Source of the DNA: Octopus sinensis
Lineage: Eukaryota
Direction of reading: 5' to 3'
DNA: 64,000 nucleotides
NCBI RefSeq assembly: GCF_006345805.1
Contig: NC_043004.1
Span: forward strand, 86,614,001-86,678,000
The position numbers were made by a program, and so were the translations under genes. The notes under the pieces are model-generated. The model ran no database searches. It saw nothing but the letters and a program-made list of their open reading frames with translations, and was not told the DNA's origin. How positions within the stretch are numbered: position 1 is the stretch's first letter; every line of letters starts with the position of its first letter. This document shows positions 1-12,124 of the stretch, piece after piece.

Positions 1-229
1 ATTTTGATGTTATTTGCTCTTCTTCTTCTGCCTTGCTGTTTGTTGTTATCGTTTATCCACTTTGGTTGTCTTCATAGTTTTTACATAAGATTTGATTACT
101 TTTAAAATTTTTTATCAAAAGTTGAAAAGCATATAATTTGATTAAAGAAATATGATATTGAAGAAGATGGAGAATTTGTTTCTAAAGTTTAAATAAATCT
201 GTCTACAAAACAAACAATTACTTTATTTA

Positions 230-320
230 CACAAAATTAAGCGCTCGAACAACACGTGTGAATTGTTTACAAAATTTTGCCCGATTTAAGTTTATGCGAA
301 ATAGAAACGGCAAAAGTACA
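230..320. promoter_or_regulatory. CpG-containing patch with CACGTG E-box, candidate GEMIN4 promoter
   Basis: Several CpGs clustered in otherwise CpG-poor DNA, just upstream of the first exon. Confidence 0.3.
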
Positions 321-654
321 ACTTAGTTTTAAAATAATTTTCAGTATTCTTATTTTACAAAAAAACAACAAAAAAAAAAAACGAATGTCTTATGAGGAAC
401 TGACTGGATCGGTAGAGCGTCAGAAGAAATGTTTTGGTGGTATATGTTCCGGCTCTTTTCGTTTTGAGTTCAAATCCCACCTAGATCAACTTTGCCTGTC
501 ATTCTTTCATTGTCGATGGAATAAAATACCAGTGAAGTACTTCAGTCCATGATATCAACTAGCCTCTTCCTCTTAAAATTTTGCTTAAATCCTGACACAA
601 TTATTGTTATATGTTATACTGTTTTGTTTTGTTTTTAAATAAATACATTTTCAG

Positions 655-723
655 AAAGACTGGCCTAATCACTTGCTAAGTTGTGATTGGGACAGGAGAG
701 CATAGAGGTCCATAATCACCATG
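655..723 (+). CDS. GEMIN4: Putative GEMIN4 exon 1: 5'UTR plus ATG only (721-723)
   Basis: Acceptor ttttcag at 654, accATG context, then GT at 724 gives phase 0 matching exon 2. Donor GTACAT is weak. Confidence 0.4.
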
Positions 724-3700
724 GTACATGAAAGGAGAGTTATACCTCTGGCCAACATATATATACGCAAAAAATACACATTAGCTTGAAAACTGAGTCA
801 CTGTAATAAAATGTTAAATCTCTTCATCAGAAGTGTTATGATAACAAACACGACTAGACAGCTGTCTTGTACTATTTATCTATTCCCTATGACCATTAAA
901 GCCAATGTACCTGTAACGTGAATTATATGAATTTTCATCCAAGGCATTTGGTTTTAAATGAAATAATAATCCTTTCTACTAAAAGTACAAGGCCTGAAAT
1001 TTTCTGGGAGGAGACTAGACGATTACATCGACCCCAGTGTTTCCCTGGTACTTAATTTATCGATCTCTAAAGGATGAAAAGCAAAGTCAACCTCAGTGGA
1101 ATTTGAACTCGGAGCGTAATAATAATATTAATAAGAGTAATATGCTAGCACTCACTTTTAAAATAATAAAAATAATTTTCTGCAGTAAAAAATTTCTGAA
1201 TTACTTTCAAGTGTTGCTAATTTTTTCTTATTTTTTTCTCTGTTCTAGATTAAAGAATCAAATAAAGATCTTTCTTCACTTTCCAAGAAATGCTGTCAAC
1301 AGTTCAGTCCTGTACTTGTTGACACAATCAATGAAGTATGCAATGGTTTGATGGCAGACAACGATTCTGGTTTTACAAAAGAACACTGGCAATTCACTTT
1401 ACATTTAGTTATCTTCCTGAAACTAATTGCTCACAAACAACTGGAAGAAGAGTCTCTTTGGAATCAGTTACGGGAGGAGAATGTCTGTAAGGACACAGAT
1501 TTGCTGGCCATTGCTCAGACAGTATTGCCACACATTGCTCCTGTTGTGTACTTTGAATTAGTGACGAGCTGCAACTGGGAAGGATATTATATGAGGGTAA
1601 GGATAATAATGCTTTCTAATTTTAGCACAAAGCCTGAAATTTGGCGGGAGAGAGCTAGTCAATTACATCAACCCCAGTGGGAAACTGGTACTTATTTTGT
1701 TGACCTTGAAAGGATGAAAGGCAAAATCGACCTTGGCAGAATGTAAAACCAGAAGAAATGCTGCTAAGCGTTTCGTCTAGTGCACAGATGATTCTGCTAG
1801 TTTGCCATTTTCTTAATAATAACAATAATGTCTTTCTTCCCCCTTTTTTCTTTCACCTGATTTTGTAAATGAACAGTCTGTTGTGTTTATTATAATGGCC
1901 TACCAATGTATACAATGAGTTTCTTTGCCCTAGGTGTCAGGAAGACACTCGGCAAGAAATGGAAACAAAATTAAAAGGAAAGGATAATCATAATAATGCT
2001 TTCTAATTTTGGCACAAGGCCTGAAATTTTGGGGAGGGTGGGAGCTAGTTGATTACATTGACCTCAGTGTGCAACTGCTACTTATTTTATTGACCCTCAC
2101 CCCCACTCCCAAATGATGAAAGGCAAACCTTGGCAGCATTTGAAGTCAGAATGTAAAACTGGAAGAAATGCTGCTAAGCATTTTGTCCAGTCCACTAATG
2201 ATTCTGCCAGCTCACTGCCATGATGATGGTGATGGTGGTGGGTGCCAGTTACATGACACCACCATTGGCCACAACTAAGATTTCACTTGGCTTGACGAGT
2301 CTTCTCAAGCACAGCATATCGCCAAAGGGCTTGTCTCTTAGACACATATTTTTATCTTAAACAGCTCTGGCATCTTGTCACCATCATCTCCATTTTTTTT
2401 CCAGCTACTCCCATCCACCCTTATATAATGTTGGGTAGCTATGTATCTCCTCTATAGCTAGGCACCTGTGTTTGTCCCTCTATCATACTTAAACCTCTCA
2501 ACACCTGGTATAAAACCACCTCTTCCTCTTAAATACTTCTCCACTCCTTAGTTGACACTTACGAAGGCCCAACTTCTCTTGCAAGTCATTTGGTGGCCTT
2601 GCTAATATTAGCTGCATGAAAACAAAAGCATTAAATACTCAGTGGAAAGTGGTTGGTATTAGGTAGGGTATTCAGCCATTGAAGCCATGTCAAAGTTGAT
2701 GATGATGACAATGGCGGCAGCAGCGTAGCACTCACAATAATAGTAATAATTTATTAATATTCTGATTTCAGAACCTTATTCTGCTGGATGAAGCTGATGT
2801 TCACAGTCTTATTAGAAAAATGTTACAGTATTGTCTGGAGGAGCCTCAATCATTAAAAGACATCCCTTTGCTTTCCTCTGTTACAATGATGGTTGTCAGG
2901 ACATGTCTCCCAGAAGTTATCCTTGATGTTTCACAACCCTTAATCAAAAGAAAGTTTGCTACATCATGTTTTCTGCAAAGCCTCAAGCTGAAGTCTTTTA
3001 TCGATATGATGAATGCCAATCCCAACTTATTAAATGAAATTCTTCAATGCCTCAAAGAGTTACTGTTGTTATCCACTTGTCATTCTACAGAATCTAAACC
3101 AAATCCTGGCATTGCTCATGCTTCTCAGACTGATGGTCTTTTCTTTCATCTCACATGTCTCTGGGTGGCCTTCTGCAGCACACACTATGATATTCATATC
3201 AAGCTTATTGATCTTATGAATGACATGGCTGTGCAAGAAGTGAGAGAGATGGCATATCCTGATGTTGCGCAAAATGTATCCCAGTATTTACAAAAGGAAA
3301 ATGATTTAGAATCACTTATGGAAATGGATAGCTCTGTAAATGAGTTCTTTCAGAAAATCCCATCTCTTTTTGAATTTAATAGCTGCATTTCTACAGCTCC
3401 AGATCCCAGACTGCTCATAGAAAACATCTATTTGTATTTAAAATGGAGAGCAAACCTTGAAGATCCAAAACCCTTACAAGATTTTGACATATTTTCTGTT
3501 GATAAATGTAGTGACATTTTCCATTCTCTTCTTCTAAAACTTACTTGTACAAACACCTTGGTGGAAGAATCTCCAGAACTTTTGAAACATGTTGAGTTTA
3601 TTACTCAGTATTTTGGCCAGAACATGCACTCATTGTCATCCTCTGATAACAAGCAATTTCTAAACTTAGATCCCCCGTCTGTTGAGAGAAACCCTTCAGG

Positions 3701-6700
3701 TAAGGCACCTTTATGTTTAATCTCTTATATTTAACCTCTCAAAAAAAAAATAGTGGAGTTGATGGACCTCTAGTCTATGGCAAATGGATTCAAATTCTAG
3801 TGGAGTCATAAACACATTTTATTTCATCATCATCATCATCATTTAATGTCTGTTTTCCATGCTGGCATGGGTTGGACGGTTTGACAGGAGCTGGCAAGGC
3901 TGGAGAACTGTTCCAGGTTCCATTTGTCTGTTGTGGCTTTCCTCTCAATCCTTTCTGTCGAAGAGTGTAGACTTGAAATGTCAAAGACTTTTCCATTCAT
4001 CCCAAGCATTGAACTAATACACCTGCTTGTTATTCCTTCACCTGTCTTTATCTTTTGGTCATTGTTTAATGTCTGCTTTCCATGCTGGCATGGGTTGGCC
4101 AGTTTTATATACATATATATATATATATACACAGGCATATTTGTATGTTTAAAAAAATTTCCTCTTTTTGCTCTAGAAATGCTCCTTTTTCTTAAATAAG
4201 CTGAATAAGATCAATAAATAATTTTTTTTCCTCAATTTGATGATTTAAGCATTAGAGGCTTAAATTCTTTCACATCAAAACTTTTTTTCCATCTCTTCCT
4301 AACATTTTTACAGATGTTTTTCTTGAGATGTTTGCAAACAGAAAAATTGACGATTGGAAAGACAAGAGGTAAATTATTTATGTTTTAATATTTTTTTCAA
4401 TAAAAATTAAAGAATTGTAATTAAATAACTGATAGGTTTAACACAGTTCAAATAGTTCAGCAATGGAACATCTGATGTATATTTGGCTAGTGTTTATCTT
4501 AGAAAATGAATGCACCTCATAGGCAGCAACCCTCTAATTCATTTAGTTTGTTTGGGTTGTCGTTGCTCCTTTACTTGTTTCAGTCATTTGACTGTGGCCA
4601 TGCTGGAGCACCACCTTTAGTCGAGCAAATCGACCCCAGGACTTATTCTTTGTAAGCCTAGTACTTATTGTATGGGTCTCTTTTGCCGAACTGCTAAGTT
4701 ACGGGGACGTAAACACACCAGCATCGGTTGTCAAGCGATGTTGGGGGGACAAGCACAGCCACACAAATATACACACACATACATATATACGACAAGCTTC
4801 TTTCAGTTTCCATCTACCAAATCCATTCACAAGGCTTTGGTCAGCCCGAGGCTTTAGTAGAAGACACTTGCCCAAGGAGCCATGCAGTGGGACTGAACCC
4901 GGAACCACATGATTCATAAGCAAGCTCCTTACTATGCAGCCACTCCTATGCCTATTGAAGATTTTACGAGGTTAAAGTGCAAATCCTATCTCAACCTCTT
5001 TAAGTCACCTTTTACGACATGCAATGGAAACGTTGGGTCTATTCTTTGACCTGCCAGTCCCCACATAGCACTAGGGCAACATGAAATGAAGTGTTCATCA
5101 CCTATTACAATTTGATTAAGAAAAGATGTTTATTCATTCCTAATTAGCAAACTGTTGAACACACTGTTTTATTTTTGTGAACAACCCACTTCCTTTCTCT
5201 ATTCATTTCTTCAATCTGCTTGAGAGGATTAAAGTTTATTAAGCCCCCAGGATAAGTCCCTGATAATTTGATGCAGACCCTATTCAATTGTTACTTGAAA
5301 ATACGACATGACTTTTTTGGCATCCCTAATATCTAAGTGTTGTGTTGTTTAATATTTATATTTCCTAGATTTTTTGAATATATAAATACACACAAAAATT
5401 TACTGTCTCAGAAGAAGCAACTGTTGTCCTTATGGGAAGGCATATGTTGGTTGGCTTCCCTAAATGAAGAAAGAACAGTCACAGAGAAGTATCTGCAGGT
5501 ATGTATTATTACTTGATGGAATCATTAGAGTGTTAGACAAAATGCTTTGTTCCAGCTCTTTACATTCTGAGTTCAGATCCTACCAAGGTCAGCTTAGCCT
5601 TTTAACCTCATGGGATCAAGGATATCAACTAATCCCCTCCCCTTAAAATTGTTGACCTTGTGCTAAAATCGAGATTTATTATTGAGTGAGAGAGCAGTGC
5701 ATGCCATCAAGGGGTACAAATATACAAAGCCCAATATACCCATCATGACTACCCGTTTGATAAGGGTATGCCAGGCACATGCATCACAACCATATGTGCG
5801 AAACATGGTGATCTCATATCAGATTAAACAGCGCATGATCTTGCAGTTGGGGCCCAGTTAGAATTTTCTTCACCTCGTCTGGCACCTGTGCCGGTGGCAT
5901 GTAAAAAGCACCCACTACACTCATGGAGTGGTTGGCACCTGTGCCGGTGGCACGTAAAAAGCACCCAATACACTCATGGAGTGGTTGATGTTAGGAAGGG
6001 CATCCAGCCGTAGAAACATTGCCAGGTCAAACTGGGCCTGGTGCAGCCTTCTGGCTTCCCAGACCCCAGTTGCACCGTCCAACTCATGCCAGCATGGAAA
6101 GCGGATGCTAAATGATGATGATGATGAGAGTAGCGCATCCTGCTCAAAAGGTCCTTGAATAAGGTTTGTTTTAAGGATGATGAACAAAACACCCATGCTT
6201 CCAGAGGTGAATTATTCAAGCCCGAAAAAATTCTTTTTAACACATGGCTATGATGTTCCCCCACTACTTCTGCTCATGATCAGAGATGTACACATTGTCA
6301 GCCACCATGGGACATGCTCAACTAGTTAAGGTCAAACAACTGACTAGCAAATCTGTGGTATTGAGCAGAATATTTGCTGTGGCCCATCGTTTGTATCAAG
6401 ATAAAATTATGTACATGATATCACTTCCAATCAGTTAAGATCAGAAGCCATGGGAACTACTGTCTGGTACTGCATCAGGGCATTTATTATTATTATTATT
6501 AAGGCAGCAAGCTGTCAGAATTGTTAGCACACCAGGCAAAATGCTTAGCGTTATCTCATCCATCTTTATGTTCTGAGTTCAAATTCCTCCGAGGTCAACT
6601 TTGGCTTTCATTCTTTCGAGGTCGATAAATTAAGTACCAGTTACACACTGGGGTCGATCAAATTGACTTAATCCCTTTGTCTGTCCTTGTTTGTTCCTTC

Positions 6701-8788
6701 TATGTTTAGCCCCTTGTGGGCAATAAAGAAATAAGAAAATGGACATTAAATGATGATTGTAATATTTCATGTTGTCCTTGAGATGGCAGTCAATCAACTA
6801 AAGTAACAGTCAAGTACCGATGTCAATACAATCAGTTATATCGTCCCCCCTCCTCAAAATTTGTGGTTCTGTGTTGGCAACCAATGTATTTCTGTTATTT
6901 TCCATTTCTTATTTCAAGGTGTTGCTGAATGCTTTTGCATCCCTTCCATCATTTCTGCAAGATGACATCATATGCCAAACTTACCTTGCTGTAGATCAAG
7001 AAGAAAATAGACCCTGGTGGCGAAGAATGTCTAATTTCAGGCAGCCATTCACAATGGAATTGAATAAACTTACTGAAATTAAAGACATAAAGGTTACAAC
7101 TTCTATATTTCTTAATTTTGATGCATTTTTCCTGCATTCTTTTCGGGCATTTTTATTCAATCTAATTTTTCTACATTCACTTTGACCCTCTTCTAATCTG
7201 GCTTGGTTGCATAATTCTTAAAAGCAAAAGATATTTGTAAGAATCCTTGAACTTTTCTCTTAGATAACTAATGTTCCCATATTTGTTGTTGATGTTGTTA
7301 ATTAACCCTTGATCCTCTTTGATGAAGCAAATCAAAAGTACATTCCAACTGCGACTATCCAATCTGTTTCTTTCCAGAGTAGGATAGAATTACATAAGCA
7401 AAGTTTCTTTAAGATAGCAGAACAAGATTTGACTGTTATTTCTTGCAAATTGAATGACAACACAGAAGCTTCGTAGTTTACTCAGTATATTAGAGATTAT
7501 GTTTTTGAATTTTTTTTGTAAGAATTTTGATCTGAATTTGTATTGAAACCCATACTGTTATGATAGCCCATCGTAACTTTGTAATTTAAACTGGCAATTC
7601 CTGGCCAAAATATTCTACCAATTTTATGTTCAAACTGGCCATATCCAGCCTCTCATACCTACCCTATATCATCCTGAAAATCACATTATTGAAATCTTGA
7701 AGCTATGAGATAATGCATGATCAATTCAAAACAATGTGAATAAATTAGCATCACATTTGACAGAGTAATCTGAATGTTCCAAGGTTAATGTAGATACACT
7801 GTTGCTAGTTTCATGTTATATTTTGGGACAGTCATATTATTAAACACATTCATCAGTTGCTGTTTGTCTCTATTCTTTCTCTTTCTTCAAAAATTTGTGG
7901 AATGTTGGGCCTCACAGAGGCAATAACGAGACCATATCCTCTGGAGATATGCAGTGATTGAGAAGACCCAGCAAGTAAAGTGAGATCACAGCCGTAGCCT
8001 ATATCAGTGTTGCATAACCAGCCCATTTAAAAAGTACCTTTGAAACGTCAGGTGACGCACCTTGTTTGAGAAGACCTATTGAGTCAAGTAAAATCAAAAT
8101 CAAAAATCACAATTAGAATCTCAATCAAATTGAAATCAAAATGGAAATTGTAGTTGTGGCTGATGCCAGTGCCACCTGACTGGCTCCCAAACATGGATAG
8201 TGCTCAGTTTTTATGTGCAGGTTTTTGGGGGATTTTTTCTCTTTTCTTTTTTTCTTTTGACAAAGGAGACGACTATTTTTCTCTGGTACTGTTTTGACTC
8301 TTTTGTGTTTATCCTTTCAGATTCCTTACAAAATTTCCCAGTATGCTTTGTTGGATGTCAAATCAATAATAAAGATCTCTGTTGCCACTGCTCTCAGAAA
8401 TCCCAAACAAATGGATGTCATCGTTAAAGTAAGACTGTAAAACTTAATTCTTACAACACCATTCCTTATACAAAGCTCAAGTGTTCCCCACAATGGAACA
8501 CACTCCCCCTCCCCCCATCTGAGATAGTACTGCTACTCCACAGGCAGATATCCTTAACAAAATTAAAACAAAAGCCACATGAGTGATTGACATGGAATTT
8601 GCTCAACACATTCTTGTTTTTGACCCTATGTGTATAGGCTGTGTGGTAAGAAGCTTGCTTCACAACCACATGGTTCTGGGTTCAATCCCACTGCATGGCA
8701 CTTTGGCCAAGTGTCTTCTACTATAACCTCGGGCCCAACCAAAGCCTTGTGAGTGGATTTGGTAGACGGAAACTGAAAGAAACCCGTC

Positions 8789-8830
<42 letters not shown>

Positions 8831-10265
8831 GTGTGAATATGTTTGTGTTTGTCCCTCCAACATTGCTTGACAACCGATGTTGCTATTGTATGTAAGGTTA
8901 AAAGGTTATATTAATTTTTCACACTCTTCCCATGATATTTTGACATATTATAGCAGGAGTTACCTTTCCTTGATTAGTTAAATGTACATATATCTATGCA
9001 CACACACACACACACACACAATGGTTGTAAAGCAACTGAAACATGGAGAATTGAACACCCAGCCTGGAAACAAGCACATCATAAGCAGAACTTGATCTTA
9101 ATCCCGGGCAGAAATTGTATGGAAGTACATATACATATACATATATGGCACCTGTGGCATGTGTAAAAAGATTCGAGCGAGGTCATTGCCAGTACCACCT
9201 GACTGACCCCGTGCCGTGACACATAAAAGGGCATCATTCGAGCGTGATCGTTACCAACATCACCTTACTGGCACCTGTGCCGGTGGAATGTGTAAAAAGA
9301 TTCGAGCGAGGTCATTGCCAGTACCACCTGACTGACCCCGTGCCGTGACACATAAAAGGGCATCATTCGAGCGTGATCGTTACCAACATCACCTTACTGG
9401 CACCTGTGCCGGTGGAATGTGTAAAAAGATTCGAGCGAGGTCATTGCCAGTACCACCTGACTGACCCCGTGCCATGACACAGAAAAGGGCATCATTCGAG
9501 CGTGATCGTTACCAACATCACCTTACTGGCACCTGTGCCGGTGGAATGTGTAAAAAGATTCGAGCGAGGTCATTGCCAGTACCGCCTGACTGGCCCCCAT
9601 GCCGGTGGCATGTAAAAAGCACCCACTACACTCTCGGAGTGGTTGGTGTTAAGAAGGGCATCCAGCTGTAGAAGCTCTGCCAGATCAAGATTGCAGCCAT
9701 CTGGTTCGCCAGCCCTCAGTCAAAATCGTCCAACTTATGCTAGCATGGAAAGCAGACGTTAAACGATGATGATGATTATGATGATAATTATAATTAGGGT
9801 TCAGCTAACTACTTCACCACATACTGAAATTAGAAACAGGAGTTATAAATTTAGAAGTATTGGTTGGATATCTGTTACATGATGACACTCAATTGTGTAT
9901 ATATTCAGCCATAGCACTTTCAAATTTTATAAAAATTGGAAATATTATACTGAAGAGAGAAGTAAGTAAAATTAAATTACTATAATCTCGGAACACGTAT
10001 ATAATTAATCCTGGTCATGTTGATTCATTGTTTTTCTCTTTGCCTTTGTAAAAAAGTATGTTTACCGTCATGGAGATTCCTTTAGTAGCAGGAAAGGAAT
10101 TTTTAACTCCTATTTCTAATTTTGGTATGTGGTAAAGCAGTTAGCTGAACCCTAATTATAATTATGTGGATAATTTTACCTATAAAGGTTATTTTAACAT
10201 ACCGATCTACTTGGTAAAATTGTTAATTGATTAATTAATTAAATTAATTTTACCCTTCTATTATT

Positions 10266-10312
<47 letters not shown>

Positions 10313-12093
10313 TCGGGGTGAGTACTTGATAATTATAAGCACCTGTGTATACCGTTTGGTGGTGTAGGTGGTGGAGTAAATTGATCAAAATAAAATAAAA
10401 ACATGATGCGAAGGATTCAGCGGTACATATGTTTCGGGCCTTTATTAGACAGATTTATAACAATGCATAATGTATGTCTGTGGCCTTCTTCAGCCGCGCA
10501 CAACAGCTTCCACAAGGACATGTGTTACATCAAAAATTCTTGGTTGGGGATGCAAATCCTCTCATTCACGTACGACATAATGCGGCAGCAGCATAGAGTT
10601 GAAGCGTCCATCTCTTTCTTCTCTCAATGTAGAATGAGGAAAATTGGATGTTGAGGTAATGTAAATAAATAAATACATATATAGAGGTGAAGATGGAGGG
10701 GCGAGAGTTCGGGACGAGGGATAAAAAATGTATAAAAAGTGTAAGTATAGAATAATATAAAAATGTAGAGGATAAAGGGTTGTAAGTAGATGTAAAGGGG
10801 GTATAAAGAAATATAAAGTAAAAATAGAAATAGAAATAAAAGTAAAAAAACCTGATAAAAACATGATAAAAGTGTAAAAGAATGTAAAGATAAGGGATGT
10901 ATAGAGGTTATGGACCAAGCATGGTGGTCAGGAGATTGATAAAATTTAGTTGTAGAATTGTCAGTACATCAACAGTTTCGTCTGGGGACTTAATGCGTTG
11001 TAAATCAGCTGCTACTGCCACAAGTCCCCCCCCCGTTCTCTGCCCACCCTCCCCACACACACACACCCCTTACCAACAACACAATATACCACTGCCACTA
11101 ACAACAAACTACACCAACCAGTGCTTCATCACCACCACCAGCGCCGCCCAAGAACTGTTCACCTCACTTAATAGCACTCCCACCCCCTGCACTTCTATTT
11201 CCCCCACACACAGACTACTCTGCCGCCGCCTCCACCAAATTTCTGTCCGTGTATATATGCGGATATTCTGTTGTATGTATGTGTGTGTACGCGCGTGCGT
11301 GTGGGTGCGTGTGTGTTTATGTACGTGTTTACACGCGAGTGCGTGTGTATGCTTATGGGCTTGGAGGCGTATATGTACGCGTGTATGTGGGTGTATATAT
11401 CCATGATGATATGTATGTACTAGAAGTCCATTTAATTCAAGGAACCAGATTAAATGCTCATCAGCTCTGATTTACAACGCATTAAGTCCCCAGACGAAAC
11501 TGTTGATGTACTGACAATTCTACAACTAAATTTTATCAATCTCCTGACCACCATGCTTGGTCCATAACCTCTATACATCCCTTATCTTTACATTCTTTTA
11601 CACTTTTATCATGTTTTTATCAGGTTTTTTTACTTTTATTTCTATTTCTATTTTTACTTTATATTTCTTTATACCCCCTTTACATCTACTTACAACTCTT
11701 TATCCTCTACATTTTTATATTATTCTATACTTACACTTTTTATACATTTTTTATCCCTCGTCCCGAACTCTCGCCCCTCCATCTTCACCTCTATATATGT
11801 ATTTATTTATTTACATTACCTCAACATCCAATTTTCCTCATTCTACATTGAGAGAAGAAAGAGATGGACGCTTCAACTCTATGCTGCTGCCGCATTATGT
11901 CGTACGTGAATGAGAGGATTTGCATCCCCAACCAAGAATTTTTGATGTAACACATGTCCTTGTGGAAGCTATTGTGCGCGGCTGAAGAAGGCCACAGACA
12001 TACATTATGCATTGTTATAAATCTGTCTAATAAAGGCCCGAAACATATGTACCGCTGAATCCTTCGCATCATGTTTTTATTTTATTTTGATCA

Positions 12094-12124
<31 letters not shown>

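Larger units (their letters stand above)
390..2220. mobile_element. Four SINE-C copies (390-605 +; 961-1155, 1604-1810, 1985-2220 -), central domain tttgcctttcatcctttcggggtcgataaa..gtaccag resembling a Meta-SINE domain
   Basis: Repeated head, central box and (ATT)n tail. Confidence 0.7.
10308..12095 (-). mobile_element. Young 5'-truncated Penelope-like retroelement with inverted pseudo-LTR arms (10380-11008 / 11467-12095), inserted in (TA)n
   Basis: 629-bp inverted arms with 2 mismatches found by eye; hammerhead motifs; 72-nt extension on one arm only; CpGs intact; (TA)n on both flanks. Confidence 0.75.

Noticed and set aside
811-835. CTGATGAAGAG on the - strand
   Set aside because: No GAAA or stem III downstream, so not a hammerhead
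4568-4953. tRNA-like A/B boxes as tRNA genes
   Set aside because: These are SINE heads; no complete cloverleaf or anticodon arm
7378-7476. Acceptor-like ttccag with a 32-codon open frame in GEMIN4 intron 6
   Set aside because: Ends in TAG, has no good donor, and exons 6 and 7 already join in frame with human-like spacing
7790-7860. CTGATGA-ATGT...ACAT-GAAAC on the - strand
   Set aside because: Stem II is plausible, but there is no stem I and no properly placed NUH; treated as chance
9147-9600. Regular repeats as a CRISPR-like array
   Set aside because: Eukaryotic DNA, no unique spacers; a simple tandem amplification of a SINE segment
10403-12072. Duplicated ORFs of 118 aa and 83 aa on both strands
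   Set aside because: Artefacts of the inverted repeat; low-complexity pyrimidine-rich text with no splice or homology support
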